Shown: positions 21,969 to 35,538, numbered from the stretch's first letter. The stretch: 64,000 nt of DNA from an uncultured Chloroflexia bacterium (GCA_963827475.1 CAWHAZ010000005.1:832001-896000); one strand, 5' to 3'. Translations and numbers: made by a program. The notes: generated by a model not told the origin, from the letters alone.

Positions 21969-24718
21969 GCGGCACCCGCGGACATCGCAGCGCCCAGCAC
22001 GGCGTCGAGCGAGGAGCGCCGTCCGTCGCCTCGCAGCCCGGTGAAGGCGTCCCCGAGGCGGCTCTGCAGGGCGGAGATGAGCTGATCGCGCTCCGCGGCA
22101 TCCGCCGGCGGGAGCGATGCGCCGATCGCGTCGCGTTGGGCGTCGGCGTAGCCCAGGAGCCGCGCCGCCCGTTCGGGGTCGGACAGGACGAGCAGGCGCG
22201 CGATGCGGTCGCAGGCGGCGGCCAGCCCGGCCCGGTCACCGAGCCGGCTCCGTTCATCGATGCTCAACCGATACATCCGTTCCGCCTCCGCCAGGTCGCC
22301 CTCGACGGCGACGATGTCGCCGAGGAACATCAGGGTGCGAGCCACGCCTCGACCATCGCCGAAGCGGCGGTACAGCTCGAGCGCCTCCTCGTGCTTGGCC
22401 CGGGCCTCGGCCGCGTCTCCGACCTGGAGGCTGAACGTCGCATCCCGACCGAGCGCAATGGCCAATCCAATCGGATCGCCCGTCGATCGGACGATCGCGA
22501 CCGCCTCGTCGAAGAGCCGCCGTGCTTCCGCCCGGTCCCCCTGGCGGGCGGCGACATCGGCCAGGTTCAGCACACCAAAGGCCACCCCTGGCGCGTCCGG
22601 CGTCTGCCGGATGAGGGCGATCCCCTCCTCGTAGAGATCCCGTGCCCGCTCGAAATCCCCACGTTCCACGCAGACGTTGGCGAGGTTGGTGCACGCGTAC
22701 GCCGTGGCGTGCGCCTTGCCGATCTCCCGCTGGATCGTGAGCGCCCCCTCGTAGGCCGTCAGGGCGGCGGCCAGGTCCCCCTGCTGGGACGCGAGGCTGC
22801 CCAGCCCGCTGAGCGCATTCGCGCGCAGCTCGGACACCTCGCCGTCGGTCCGCGCCAGCGCGCGCGACAGCCACCCCCGGCCCTCGGCCAGGTGGCCCTC
22901 CATCTCCCAGTAGCGCCAGAGGTTGCCGGCGAGCCGCAGCTCCTCGGGGGCACCGGCCGGGTCGTCGTCGGTCCACTGGAGCGCGGCGCGCACGTTCTCG
23001 TGGTCAGCCGCGATGCGAGCCGCGGCATCCGCGGCCTGCGGGCCGGCAAAGAGCAAGGGCGCAGTGCGTTCGACCAGGCTGAGCATGTACGACCGGTGTC
23101 GTTCTCGAATCGCGCTCGCCGGGTCGCTCTCCAGGAGCCGCTCCTGCGCGTATTGCTGAACCGTGTCGAGGAGCCGGTAGCGCGCCTCGGCGGGTGTTTC
23201 CTCGAGGACCACCAGGGATCGGTCGATGAGGCGGCTGAGCAGGTCCAGGGCGTCGCCCCGGGCCACGAGCCCGCCTTCGCACACGCTCTCGACCGCTTCG
23301 AGGCCGAACGTGCCGGCGAACACCGACAGCCGCACGAACAACTCTCGTTCGGCATCGGTCAGGAGCTCGAAGCTCCAGTCCATGGCCGCCTTCAGCGTCC
23401 GGTGGCGGGGCAGCGCCATGCGGCTGCCACCGGTCAGGAGACGGAAGCGGTCGTCCAGGCGAGTGGCGATCTGCTCGGGGGGCAGTGACTTGACTCGCGC
23501 TGCGGCAAGCTCGATGGCGAGCGGGATGCCATCCAGCCGGCGACAGATCTGGGCGACGGCCGCGGCATTCTGCTCGGTGAGCGTGAAGGCTGGCTGGACG
23601 GCTTTCGCGCGGTCCACGAAGAGTTGGCCGGCCTCGGCCTGAGCGACGTCAACCGCCGATACCTCGGCTCCACGGGCTGGGAGGTCGAGGGACGGCACCG
23701 GGTAGAGGCTCTCGCCGGCCATGCCCAGCGCTTCCCGGCTGGTGACGAGGATGCGCAGCTGGTCGCAGGCGCGCAGGAGCTCGTCGGACACGGCGGCCAC
23801 CGACTCCAGGACGTGGTCGCAGTCGTCGAAGAAGAGGAGGATGCGCCGCTCGCCGATGTGCTGCGCGAGCGTGCGGAGAATCGGGACGCCGGGCTGCTCC
23901 TTGACGCGAAGCGTTGAGCCCACGGCCTCCGGGATCAGTGAGCCATCTCCGAGCGCTGCGAGGTCGATGACCCATGCTCCATCGGGAAACCGGTCCATCG
24001 CGCTGGCAGCGGCCTCCAGCGCGAGGCGGGTCTTGCCAACTCCGCCCGGGCCGACGAGCGTGAGCAGCGGGGTCGTGCCCAGCTGCTCGGTCACCGCCGC
24101 GAGGGATTCGGCACGGCCGACGAAGGTCGACAGTTGGCGCGGGAGGTTGTTCGGCCAGTTGTCCAGCGAGCGCAGCGGCGGAAACTCGGTCGGCATGTCG
24201 GACGCGGTCGCCTGGAACACCCGCTCGGGGCGATCGAGGTCCTTCAGACGGTGCTCCCCCAGGTCGCGCAGGGTGGTGTCGGCGGGCGCAGCCCCTCCCA
24301 GCAGCTCGTGGGTCGTGACCGAGACGAGCACCTGTCCCCCGTGACCCGCAGCGCAGATCCGGGCCGCTCGATGGACGTCGATCCCCACCAGCTGCGCGTC
24401 GGAGGAGACGGGCTCCCCGGTGTGGATGCCCATCCGCGCCTCCACTTCCGCGTCCTGGGGCCACCGATGCGTCCGAAGCGCGCGTTGGGCGTCAAGGGCG
24501 GCGATGAGGGCACCACGCGCCGTCGGGAAGGAGTAGAACAGGCCATCCCCCGCGGTGTCGATGAGCGTCCCGCTCTGGGGAGCCGCCGCCTCGTGCATGA
24601 GACGGCGGTAGTCCGCCAGGACGGCTGAGTAATCCGCGCCGAGCGCCGCGAGCAGCCGCGTCGAGCCCGCCACGTCAGCGAAGAGAAGCGTGACGGTCCC
24701 GGACGCGGACTGGGTCAT
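21965..24718 (-). CDS. Class III nucleotide cyclase + STAND NTPase + TPR protein
   Basis: VTLLFADVAGST, AGDG, RMGIHTGE, LRDLGEHRLKDL; GPGGVGKTRLA, LDGIPLAIELAAAR; C-terminal TPR-like helices. Confidence 0.88.
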   Translation of the reverse strand: MTQSASGTVTLLFADVAGSTRLLAALGADYSAVLADYRRLMHEAAAPQSGTLIDTAGDGLFYSFPTARGALIAALDAQRALRTHRWPQDAEVEARMGIHTGEPVSSDAQLVGIDVHRAARICAAGHGGQVLVSVTTHELLGGAAPADTTLRDLGEHRLKDLDRPERVFQATASDMPTEFPPLRSLDNWPNNLPRQLSTFVGRAESLAAVTEQLGTTPLLTLVGPGGVGKTRLALEAAASAMDRFPDGAWVIDLAALGDGSLIPEAVGSTLRVKEQPGVPILRTLAQHIGERRILLFFDDCDHVLESVAAVSDELLRACDQLRILVTSREALGMAGESLYPVPSLDLPARGAEVSAVDVAQAEAGQLFVDRAKAVQPAFTLTEQNAAAVAQICRRLDGIPLAIELAAARVKSLPPEQIATRLDDRFRLLTGGSRMALPRHRTLKAAMDWSFELLTDAERELFVRLSVFAGTFGLEAVESVCEGGLVARGDALDLLSRLIDRSLVVLEETPAEARYRLLDTVQQYAQERLLESDPASAIRERHRSYMLSLVERTAPLLFAGPQAADAAARIAADHENVRAALQWTDDDPAGAPEELRLAGNLWRYWEMEGHLAEGRGWLSRALARTDGEVSELRANALSGLGSLASQQGDLAAALTAYEGALTIQREIGKAHATAYACTNLANVCVERGDFERARDLYEEGIALIRQTPDAPGVAFGVLNLADVAARQGDRAEARRLFDEAVAIVRSTGDPIGLAIALGRDATFSLQVGDAAEARAKHEEALELYRRFGDGRGVARTLMFLGDIVAVEGDLAEAERMYRLSIDERSRLGDRAGLAAACDRIARLLVLSDPERAARLLGYADAQRDAIGASLPPADAAERDQLISALQSRLGDAFTGLRGDGRRSSLDAVLGAAMSAGAA

Positions 24719-24990
24719 GCAGTGATGTCGGGATCGCCCGGCGGGTCGGCTGGGACCTCCGGCGGAACGGCGGCCTGCCGGTCGCGGACGAGCCGGATGA
24801 CCCACACCGTCGTCGCGATGGCGACCGCGCCGAGGAAGATCGCCCCGAACGTGAACAGCACCGAGCCGTTGGGGATGCCGCTCTCCACGAAGGCCATGCT
24901 CAGGAATGCCCACAGACCGATGAAGACCACGACGATGATGACCAGCACGAGGAGAATGCCCAGGACCCGCGAGCCGCGCGGCTCGATCAT
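24715..24990 (-). CDS. Small two-TM membrane protein
   Basis: MIEPRGSRVLGILLVLV..., two hydrophobic helices; stop overlaps the cyclase start. Confidence 0.65.
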   Translation of the reverse strand: MIEPRGSRVLGILLVLVIIVVVFIGLWAFLSMAFVESGIPNGSVLFTFGAIFLGAVAIATTVWVIRLVRDRQAAVPPEVPADPPGDPDITA

Positions 24991-24994
24991 CTGA

Positions 24995-25855
24995 CTACCA
25001 GCCTCCTTCTTCTCGGATGATGCGGCGGAGGACACGTCCCGCCACCAGCTTCCGATACTCCGCCGTGGAGCGGACGTCGTCGATGGGACTGATCTCGCCC
25101 TCGAGGGCGACGACCGCACTATCGGCGGTGGCCGCCACCGGATGCGTTCCGTTCAACGCCGCCTCGGTGGCGTGGGCCCGAACCGGAGTGGCGGCGACGG
25201 ACCCGAGGGCCAGCCGGGTGTCGTGCCACTCCCCGTCCTCCCCGGTCAGCCAGGACAGGGCCATGACCACCTTGCTGATCGCCTGCGCTCGCCGCGTACC
25301 GACCTTGCGGAACCGGACGTGGCGACGGGGGAGGAGCGGCACGCGGACGCGCAGGACGAGCTCGTCGTCGCGGCGAGCGGTCTCCCGGTAGGCGGTGAAG
25401 AACTGCGCGGCGGGCACGGAACGCTCGCCGGCGGCACTGCCGAGCACGATCTGGCCGTCGGTGGCGAGCCAGACGGGCAGGGTGTCCCCGGCGGGGGAGG
25501 CGTTGGCCAGGTTGCCGCCGACCGTGCCCCGGTTCTGGATCTGCGCCGCGCCGATGGTCGCGGACGCGGCTGCCAGGGCCGGCAGCAGCTCGCCCACCAG
25601 CGGCGACGTGCGCAGGTCGGTGTACGTGGTGAGCGCGCCGATCACGAGCTCGTCGCCCTCGAGGTTGATGCCCCGCAGCTCCTCCAGTCCCCAGATGTTC
25701 AGGACGCGGTCCGGCGCCGGACCGAGCTCGCCCGTGATCTGGACCAGCAGGTCCGTCCCTCCGGCAACCGGCCGCCAGGCTGCCCCACCATCGGCCAGCA
25801 GCCGATAGGCATCGGTCAGGGAGGTCGGTGACTCGACGGGCGGCTCGACCGGCAT
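24995..25855 (-). CDS. Xanthine dehydrogenase family FAD-binding subunit
   Basis: VAGGTDL, QIQNRGTVGGNLANASPAGD, PIDDVRSTAEYR. Confidence 0.9.
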   Translation of the reverse strand: MPVEPPVESPTSLTDAYRLLADGGAAWRPVAGGTDLLVQITGELGPAPDRVLNIWGLEELRGINLEGDELVIGALTTYTDLRTSPLVGELLPALAAASATIGAAQIQNRGTVGGNLANASPAGDTLPVWLATDGQIVLGSAAGERSVPAAQFFTAYRETARRDDELVLRVRVPLLPRRHVRFRKVGTRRAQAISKVVMALSWLTGEDGEWHDTRLALGSVAATPVRAHATEAALNGTHPVAATADSAVVALEGEISPIDDVRSTAEYRKLVAGRVLRRIIREEGGW

Positions 25856-25862
25856 CGTTCCG

Positions 25863-26341
25863 CTACCCGACCGGTGGGCTGTTCGCCAGCCGCCGCTCGG
25901 CGGCGAGCACGATCGCGTCGATGATCTTCGTGTACCCGGTGCAGCGGCACAGGTTGCCGGCGATCGCCTCGCGGACCGCCTCCTCGGTGGGCTCGGCTCC
26001 AGACGCAAGGAAGGCCTCGCCCGCGATCAGCATGCCGGGCGTGCAGATCCCGCACTGGGCGCCCCCGGTCTCGAGGAACGCGGCCTGCAGCACGTTCAGG
26101 CCGTCGTCCGTGCCAAGGCCCTCCACCGTCTCGACCGACGCGCCGTCGGCCTGGCACAGCGGGACGAGGCACGCGTCGACCACCGCCCCGTCGAGCAGCA
26201 CCGAGCAGGCGCCGCACTCGCCCTCGCCGCAGCCCTCCTTGGTGCCGGTCAGCCCGAGGTCCTCGCGCAGGACGTCGAGCAGGCGGCGCATCCCGGGTGC
26301 CTCGACCTCCGAGGGCACACCGTTGACCGTCAGCCGGTAGG

Positions 26342-26345
<4 letters not shown>
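25863..26345 (-). CDS. Xanthine dehydrogenase family 2x[2Fe-2S] subunit
   Basis: KEGCGEGECGAC, AQCGICTPG, NLCRCTGY. Confidence 0.93.
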
Positions 26346-28627
<2,282 letters not shown>

Positions 28628-28651
28628 GGCCGCATGGTATCCAGTCGCGAA

Positions 28652-30241
28652 CTAGTCGCGCCCGTGGCGGAGGGCACGTCCCGGGAGGGCGCCGGTGTGG
28701 CGACCGCCGTCGACCACCAGCTCCCCGTTGACGATCACGTGCTCGATCCCGTCCGGGAACTGCCTCGGCTCGTCGACCGTGGCATTCGACCGAACACGGG
28801 CCGGGTCAAAGACCACGACGTCCGCCGCGTACCCGTCGCGCAGCAGGCCGCGGTCGCGCAAGCCGAGCCGGGCCGCCGGGGCGGAGGTCATCTTGCGCAC
28901 CGCCTCTTCGAGACTGAGCCGCCGCTCGTCGCGGACGAACTGGCCCAGGACCCGGGGATAGGAGCCATAGCTGCGCGGCGACGGCTTCAGACCGATGAAC
29001 GTCGAGTCGGTGCCGACCATGCCGACCGGGTGGGCGACGAAGTGGGGGAGGGTCTCGGACCACGGCCCGGGCGTGACCTGGTTGAGGCGGAGGTCCTCCT
29101 CGAGCAGGAGATCGCACAGCGTGTCGATCGGGTCGCGGTCGATCTCGCGGCTGACCTCCTCCAGCGTGCGGCCCTCCCACCGCTGGTTCGCCGCGGAGTG
29201 AAAGGCACCGAGCCGCACGTCGGCCCAGGTGAGCGGCGCGCCGTGCAGGGGGTCGTGGCGTGACATCTCCTCGCGCAGTCGCTGGCGGGTTGCCCCGTCC
29301 GCCAGCCGCTCCTTGAGCGCGTCCGGCCCGCCGGCCTGGACCCAGTGGGGGAGCTGGATGAGGAGCCGGGTCGACGCCCACTCGTACGGGTAGGTGTCGA
29401 ACGTGACGTCCTGGCCCTCGGCCCGGGCGTCGTCGACGAGCGCCAGCATCGGCTCGTGCCCACCGGGGTAGTTCCGGCGGTGATAGAAGTGGGTGAGGTG
29501 CACCGGTCCGTGGGCCATGTCGCCGATGGCCAGCGCCTCGCGGAACGGATCGAGGTACCGGTCGCCGAGGTCGTACCGCACATGGGTGTGGTAGAAGCCG
29601 CCCTCGCGCGCCGCGGTGGCGGTGAGATCCGCCAGCTCCTCCGTGGTCGCGTAGGCGCCGGGCGGGTAGTCCAGCCCGCTCGACAGGCCGAACGCGCCCT
29701 CGGCCATCCCCTCGCGGAGCATGGCCCGCATGTCGGCCATCGCCATGTGGTCGGCCGGGACGTCGTCCCAGCCGAGGACGCAGATGCGCAGGGCGGAGTT
29801 GCCGATCATGAGCGCCACGTTCACCGCTACCGTGCCGTCGAAGCGGCCGAGGTACGAGGCGACCGTGTCCCAGTCGAGCGCGACGTCCGGACGGCCGTCG
29901 AGGCCGGCGTTCATCACCACCAGCGCCTGGAGATCGTCCGGATCGTTCAGCGGCGCATAGGACAGGCCGTCCACCCCGATGACCTCGGTGGTCACCCCCT
30001 GGCGGACCTTCGGCTCGTGCGACGGCTCGTGGAGGAGCCACAGGCCCGAGTGCGAGTGGAGGTCGATGAACCCGGGCGCGACGACCATCCCCGTCGCGTC
30101 GATGACCCGCTCGACCGGTGGCGCGTCGTCGTCGGCCTCGAGCAGCCGCAGCCGTCCATCGGCGACAAGCAGGCTGCCGGTGCGGCCGGGCGCGCCGCTG
30201 CCATCGACCAGGGTGCCGCCGCGGAGGAGGAGGTCGCTCAC
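28652..30241 (-). CDS. N-acyl-D-amino-acid deacylase family amidohydrolase
   Basis: APGFIDLHSH, QGVTT, GLSSGLDY, FDTYPY, VGTD, PRSYGSYPRVLG. Confidence 0.85.
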   Translation of the reverse strand: MSDLLLRGGTLVDGSGAPGRTGSLLVADGRLRLLEADDDAPPVERVIDATGMVVAPGFIDLHSHSGLWLLHEPSHEPKVRQGVTTEVIGVDGLSYAPLNDPDDLQALVVMNAGLDGRPDVALDWDTVASYLGRFDGTVAVNVALMIGNSALRICVLGWDDVPADHMAMADMRAMLREGMAEGAFGLSSGLDYPPGAYATTEELADLTATAAREGGFYHTHVRYDLGDRYLDPFREALAIGDMAHGPVHLTHFYHRRNYPGGHEPMLALVDDARAEGQDVTFDTYPYEWASTRLLIQLPHWVQAGGPDALKERLADGATRQRLREEMSRHDPLHGAPLTWADVRLGAFHSAANQRWEGRTLEEVSREIDRDPIDTLCDLLLEEDLRLNQVTPGPWSETLPHFVAHPVGMVGTDSTFIGLKPSPRSYGSYPRVLGQFVRDERRLSLEEAVRKMTSAPAARLGLRDRGLLRDGYAADVVVFDPARVRSNATVDEPRQFPDGIEHVIVNGELVVDGGRHTGALPGRALRHGRD

Positions 30242-31209
30242 CGGCGGCTCAGCGGTCCGCCGCCGCGACCATGACGGGCGGCCACCAGCTCGGCCACGAT
30301 CGCCAGGCCGATCTCGGCGGGTTCGCGCCCTCCGAGATCGAGACCGATGGGTGCCCGCAGCGCGGCCAGCTGCTCGTCGGTGAGGCCCGCGGTGCGCAGC
30401 CGGGCCCGACGATCCTCCTGCGCTCGCTGGCTGCCGATCGCGCCGACATAGGCCGGGCCGTGCTCGGCGGTCAGGGCGGCGACCAGGGCCGGCTCGTCGA
30501 TCTTCGGGTCGTGGGACAGCACGACGACCGCGTCGTCCGCGCGGAGCCCGTGTTCGGCGAACGCGCGATCGGGCCAGTCAGGGATGACGGAGGCGCCCCC
30601 GAAACGCGGCTGCTCGGCGAACAGCCGCCGCGGGTCCACGACCAGGGGCGTGAATCCGGCGCGGGCGGCAAATGCGGTCACGTGCTCGGCGATGTGGCCC
30701 GCGCCCACGATCCAGACCCGCGGCGGCGGCAGGGCACGGTCATAGACGACCTCGCCGGAGTCGGTGACGTGGAGCGCCGCATCCCCGTCGAGGATGCGCC
30801 GGGTCCCCATCGCCTCGCCTGTGATCGCGATCTCGCGGGCTGCCGGCCGCTCAGCGGCGACGAGGGCGGTGAACAGCTCCACCAGCGCCGCCCGCGGCCC
30901 CTCGACCGGCTCGATCAGCACCTCGATCGTGCCGCCGCACATCAGTCCGACCTCGAGCCCCTGCTCGTCACTGATCCCGTAGCGGCGCACGACCGGGTGA
31001 CCGGCGTGCAGCACGGTCAGCGCGTGCTCGACGACGTCCCCCTCCACGCATCCGCCGCTGACCGATCCGGCCATCTCGCCGTCCGTGGACACCGCCAGCT
31101 TGGCGCCGACCCTCCGTGGAGCGGAGCCCTCGACCCGGACCACGGTGGCCAGCGCCGCCTGACGACCGTCACCCCTCCAGCTGCGGACCGCCGCGAGCGC
31201 TTCGTCCAT
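30238..31209 (-). CDS. xdhC: XdhC/CoxI molybdoenzyme maturation factor
   Basis: GSAPR, GSVSGGCVE, GLMCGG, SHDPKID, YVGAIGS, APIGLDLG. Confidence 0.9.
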   Translation of the reverse strand: MDEALAAVRSWRGDGRQAALATVVRVEGSAPRRVGAKLAVSTDGEMAGSVSGGCVEGDVVEHALTVLHAGHPVVRRYGISDEQGLEVGLMCGGTIEVLIEPVEGPRAALVELFTALVAAERPAAREIAITGEAMGTRRILDGDAALHVTDSGEVVYDRALPPPRVWIVGAGHIAEHVTAFAARAGFTPLVVDPRRLFAEQPRFGGASVIPDWPDRAFAEHGLRADDAVVVLSHDPKIDEPALVAALTAEHGPAYVGAIGSQRAQEDRRARLRTAGLTDEQLAALRAPIGLDLGGREPAEIGLAIVAELVAARHGRGGGPLSRR

Positions 31210-31230
31210 CAGAGGTCCAGTATGCGACCG

Positions 31231-31803
31231 ATGACGGACCAATCGAAGGTGGCCGCCGTGATCCTCGCCGCCGGTCAGGGCCGGCGCTTCGGCAGCCCCA
31301 AGCTCGTCGCCCAGCTGGGCGGGCAGACGCTGCTCAGCCACGTCGCGAGGCGGGCTCGCGAGGCCGGGCTCGACCCGATCATCGCGGTCGTGCCGGTCGG
31401 GGCGGAGACGCCGGCACGCGTGGAGGCGGTGGTGAACCATGACCCGGCCCGCGGGATGAGCACCTCCCTCCAGCTCGGGATCGGTGCCGTGCCGCCGGAG
31501 CGCGCCGCGCTCGTCCTGCTCGTCGACCAGCCGACGGTGGCGCCCGAGGCGATCGCGGCGGTGCTCGCCGCGCGCGGGAACCGGCCGCTGGTGGCCGCCT
31601 CGGCCGAAGGCCGCTACGGGCCGCCCGTCCTGATCGAGCCCGATGCCGTCCCCACGGTCATGGCGCTGAGCGGGGACATCGGTCTGCGGGAGGTCCTGGC
31701 CGCCCATCCCGAGATGGTCGAGGCGGTGCCCGTGCCGGTGCATGCCCCGGATGTCGACACCGAGGCCGACCTCGACGACCTGGAGGCTAGACTCGACTCG
31801 TGA
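31231..31803 (+). CDS. mocA: Molybdenum cofactor cytidylyltransferase-like nucleotidyltransferase
   Basis: [33 protein letters not shown]; divergent from xdhC. Confidence 0.82.
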   Translation: MTDQSKVAAVILAAGQGRRFGSPKLVAQLGGQTLLSHVARRAREAGLDPIIAVVPVGAETPARVEAVVNHDPARGMSTSLQLGIGAVPPERAALVLLVDQPTVAPEAIAAVLAARGNRPLVAASAEGRYGPPVLIEPDAVPTVMALSGDIGLREVLAAHPEMVEAVPVPVHAPDVDTEADLDDLEARLDS

Positions 31804-32846
31804 CCATCGAACGGGTCGGCAGCGCCGAGGCCCTCGAGGACGAGCTCGCGCTCGAAGCGACCGTTCGCCCTCGCCGCCTGGACGAGTTCGCGGGGCAGGA
31901 GCGGATCAAGGAGAACCTGGCCATCCTGATCGACGCCGCCCGCCAGCGGTCCGAGCCGGTGGACCACATCCTGCTCTACGGACCCCCCGGCCTGGGCAAG
32001 ACGACGCTGGCAACGATCGTGGCGGCGGAGGTCGGCGCGCAGCTGCGGACGACGTCGGGGCCGGCCATCGAGCGGGCCGGAGACCTGGCCGCCATCCTGA
32101 CCGGCCTCCAGCGCGGCGACGTCCTGTTCATCGACGAGATCCACCGCCTGTCGCACGTCGTCGAGGAGGTGCTCTACCCGGCGATGGAGGACTTCGCGCT
32201 CGACATCGTGCTGGGCAAGGGCCCGGGAGCGCGGACGGTTCGGCTCCAGATCGAGCCGATCACGATCATCGGGGCCACCACCCGGGTGGGGAGCATCACC
32301 GGACCGCTGCGCGACCGCTTCGGGGTCACCCATCGGCTCGACTACTACACCGATGCCGACCTGGTCACCATCCTCCACCGCAGCGCCGGGATCCTCGAGA
32401 TTCCGTTGGACGGCGACGCGGCCACGCTCATCGCGCGCCGCAGCCGGGGCACGCCCCGGATCGCGAACCGGCTGCTCAAACGGGTCCGCGACTACGCGCA
32501 GGTCCGTGGCGACGGGGACGGGCGAGCGACAACGGCCGCCGCGGAGGCGGCCCTCGATCTGCTCGATATCGACAAGCGGGGGCTCGACGCGCTCGACCGT
32601 CAGCTGCTGACCGCGATGGCCGAGCACCACGGCGGGGGACCGGTCGGCCTCCAGACCATGGCCGCCACCATCAGCGAGCCGGTGGAGACGATCGAGGACG
32701 TCGTCGAGCCGTACCTCATCCAGGCGGGCCTGCTGGCGCGGACCTCGCGCGGTCGCCTGTTGACGCCCACCGCCTGGACCCACCTGGGGATGACGCCCCC
32801 CGCCGAGGCGCTGACCGCGAGCGCGCAACCGGGCCTGTTCGACTGA
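31800..32846 (+). CDS. ruvB: Holliday junction branch migration helicase RuvB
   Basis: [44 protein letters not shown]. Confidence 0.97.
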   Translation: MTIERVGSAEALEDELALEATVRPRRLDEFAGQERIKENLAILIDAARQRSEPVDHILLYGPPGLGKTTLATIVAAEVGAQLRTTSGPAIERAGDLAAILTGLQRGDVLFIDEIHRLSHVVEEVLYPAMEDFALDIVLGKGPGARTVRLQIEPITIIGATTRVGSITGPLRDRFGVTHRLDYYTDADLVTILHRSAGILEIPLDGDAATLIARRSRGTPRIANRLLKRVRDYAQVRGDGDGRATTAAAEAALDLLDIDKRGLDALDRQLLTAMAEHHGGGPVGLQTMAATISEPVETIEDVVEPYLIQAGLLARTSRGRLLTPTAWTHLGMTPPAEALTASAQPGLFD

Positions 32847-33005
32847 ATTTCGGGCCCCTGCCGCACGAATCGGTGCGGTCGGGGACAGCCGCGCAGAAAT
32901 CCGCCGATATCCACATTCTGGCCCGCTACGATCCGGCTCCGGGTCGCGTCACGCACCCAGCCCTTGGTGCGGCGTCGGCCCAGGGAAGAGGAGGGTCCCC
33001 ATAAC

Positions 33006-34350
33006 GTGGATTCGTTCTTCAAGTTCACGGAACGGGGTACAAACGTCGGCACCGAGATCCGGGCCGGCGTAACCACTTTCTTGGTGATGGTCTATATCGT
33101 GGCCCTCAACCCGGCGATCATCGCCGGGCCGATGGGTCTCGATCCAGTCGCGGTGGCGGCGGGGACCGCGCTGGTGGCCGGAATCATGACCCTGGCCATG
33201 GGCCTCATCACCAACTATCCCTTCGCCCTGGCCGCCGGCCTCGGTCTGAACGCGGCGGTTGCGTTCGGCCTGGTGCTCGGCCTGGGCATGACGGCCGCCC
33301 AGGCCATGGGCGTGATCGTCATCGAAGGTCTCATCATCTCGTTGCTGGTCATCGTCGGCCTGCGCGAGGCGATCATGAACGCGGTGCCACTGGGCCTGAA
33401 GCGGGCCATCGGCGTGGGCATCGGCCTGTTCATCCTGTTCATCGGCTTCTGGGATGGCGGGATGATCGTCGGGGTTACGCCGGAATTCGCTCCGCCGCCC
33501 CCGCCGCTCGCGTTCCAGTTCCCGACCGATCCGGCCGACTTCGTCTTCCTGGCCGGCCTGCTCCTGACCTTCGCGCTCTGGACCCTGAAGGTGAGGGGCG
33601 CGCTGATCATCAGCATCGCAGCGACCACCATCCTGGCCATCATCACCGGGGTGCAGGCCATTCCGGATGAGTTCGTGTGGACGCCGAGCTTCAGCACGCT
33701 GGGCCTGGGCCTCCAGGACCTGGCGGGGATCTTCACCATCGAGGCCGGCGTGCTGGCCGCGATCCTGGCGATCTTCACCATCATGCTCAGCGACTTCTTC
33801 GACACGATGGGCACCGTGACCGGCATCTCCGCCGAGGCGGGTCTCGCCGAGGAAGACGGCACGGTTCCGGGCGTCGGACGCGTCCTCCTGGTCGACGGCC
33901 TGGCGGCCGCGGTTGGTGGTGCGGCTGGCGTCAGCTCGAACACGACGCTACATCGAGAGCGCGGCTGGAGTGGGGGAGGGCGGACGGACCGGCATGACGG
34001 CCGTCGTCGTCGGCCTCCTGTTCCTCGCCGCGATCTTCCTGGCACCGATCGTCCAGATCATCCCGCTGGTGGCCACGGCCCCGGCCCTGGTCCTGGTCGG
34101 CTACCTGATGTTCACCCAGATCGGCGAGATCGACGTTCGGGACATCTATATCGGTCTCCCGGCGCTCCTGATCATGATCCTGATGCCGTTGACCTTCACG
34201 ATCACGATCGGCATCGGCGCCGGCCTCGTCGTATGGGTCTTCCTCAAGGTCATCGGGCGCCAGGCCCGGGACGTCCACTGGCTGATGTGGATCGTCTTCC
34301 TGGCGTTCCTGGTGTACTTCGCGCAGGCGCTGATCCAGACGTACATCTAG
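33006..34350 (+). CDS. NCS2/AzgA-like purine permease, frameshift near 33948
   Basis: EIRAGVTTF, GLGLNA, GIGLFI, DFFDTMGT, then YIESAAGV.EGGRTG, ATAPAL. Confidence 0.9.
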
Positions 34351-34368
34351 CGCCTGCCTCAAACCGAT

Positions 34369-34399
34369 GACGCCCGGCCGGGCCATCCGGCCGGGCGTC
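34369..34399 (+). terminator. 13-bp perfect hairpin after the permease gene
   Basis: GACGCCCGGCCGG-gccat-CCGGCCGGGCGTC, with only a weak U tract. Confidence 0.55.
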
Positions 34400-34434
34400 G
34401 CACTGTTCCCCGTCGATCGGACTAGCCTGTTGTC

Positions 34435-35508
34435 GTGACCGATGCCTCCGAACGCCGTCTTCGGGTCGACGACTTCGACTACGAGCTGCCGACCGACGCT
34501 GTCGCCCAGTCGCCGGCCGAGCCGCGAGACGCCAGCCGGTTGCTGGTCTTCGATCGCGCTGCCTCCACGCCGGGGCAGCCCGCGCTGACCGAGGGACGCT
34601 TCGCGGACATCGGCCGATGGCTGCACCGCGGTGACCTCCTGGTCGTCAACGACAGCCGCGTGCTGCGGGCCCGGCTCCGCGGACGGCGCTCCGGCGGGGG
34701 AGCGACCGAGGTCCTGCTCCTCCGTCCACTGTCCCACGGGCAATGGGAGGCCCTCGTCCGGCCCGGTCGCCGCCTGCGACCGGGCGCATCGGTCCAGCTC
34801 ACGAACGGCGACACCCTGACCGTGGGCGATGCGGTGGGGGAGGGGACGCGGGCGGTGACCCTGACGCGCGACCCGATCGAGCTCATGGACGAGATCGGCG
34901 AGATGCCCCTGCCGCCGTACATCACCGCCGGCGATGCGCCCGACGACCGGTACCAGACCGTCTACGCCGAGCCGCCCGGCTCGGCGGCCGCTCCGACGGC
35001 TGGCCTCCACTTCACGCCGCGCCTCCTGGACGAGCTCGCGCAGGGGGGCGTCGAGCGCGCGGCAGTGACGCTCCACGTGGGGCTGGACACGTTCCAGCCG
35101 CTGGACGGCACGTACGTCGACGAGCACCACATCCACCGCGAGTGGTACGTCGTGCCGGACGCGACCCGGTCGGCCATCGTCCGGACGAAGACCGGTGGCG
35201 GCCGGGTGGTGGCGGTCGGGACCACGACGGCCAGGGTCCTCGAGACGCTCGCCCAGACGGGCGACCCCCAGGGTTGGACCGACCTGTTCATCGCCCCGCC
35301 CCACGCCTTTCGGTCGGTGGACGCGCTGGTGACCAACTTCCATCTGCCGCGCAGCTCGCTGCTGCTGCTGGTGACCGCGTTCGTCCAGGACGGGATGCAG
35401 GGCACGAGCGCGCTCGAGGCCCGTGACACGCTGCTCGCCGCCTATCGGTCCGCGCTGGAGCGCGGCTTCCGGTTCTACTCGTTCGGGGACGCGATGCTCG
35501 TCCGCTGA
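34435..35508 (+). CDS. queA: SAM:tRNA ribosyltransferase-isomerase QueA
   Basis: DFDYELP, PLPPYI, YQTVY, AAPTAGLHFT, TNFHLPRS, FYSFGDAML. Confidence 0.97.
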   Translation: MTDASERRLRVDDFDYELPTDAVAQSPAEPRDASRLLVFDRAASTPGQPALTEGRFADIGRWLHRGDLLVVNDSRVLRARLRGRRSGGGATEVLLLRPLSHGQWEALVRPGRRLRPGASVQLTNGDTLTVGDAVGEGTRAVTLTRDPIELMDEIGEMPLPPYITAGDAPDDRYQTVYAEPPGSAAAPTAGLHFTPRLLDELAQGGVERAAVTLHVGLDTFQPLDGTYVDEHHIHREWYVVPDATRSAIVRTKTGGGRVVAVGTTTARVLETLAQTGDPQGWTDLFIAPPHAFRSVDALVTNFHLPRSSLLLLVTAFVQDGMQGTSALEARDTLLAAYRSALERGFRFYSFGDAMLVR

Positions 35509-35538
35509 CCGGGCTTCCCCGGCCGGTATCCTCGGCAC

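Noticed and set aside
32847-33005. Purine riboswitch upstream of the NCS2 permease
   Set aside because: I could not find the purine aptamer core. A covariance search would be needed to exclude other motifs.
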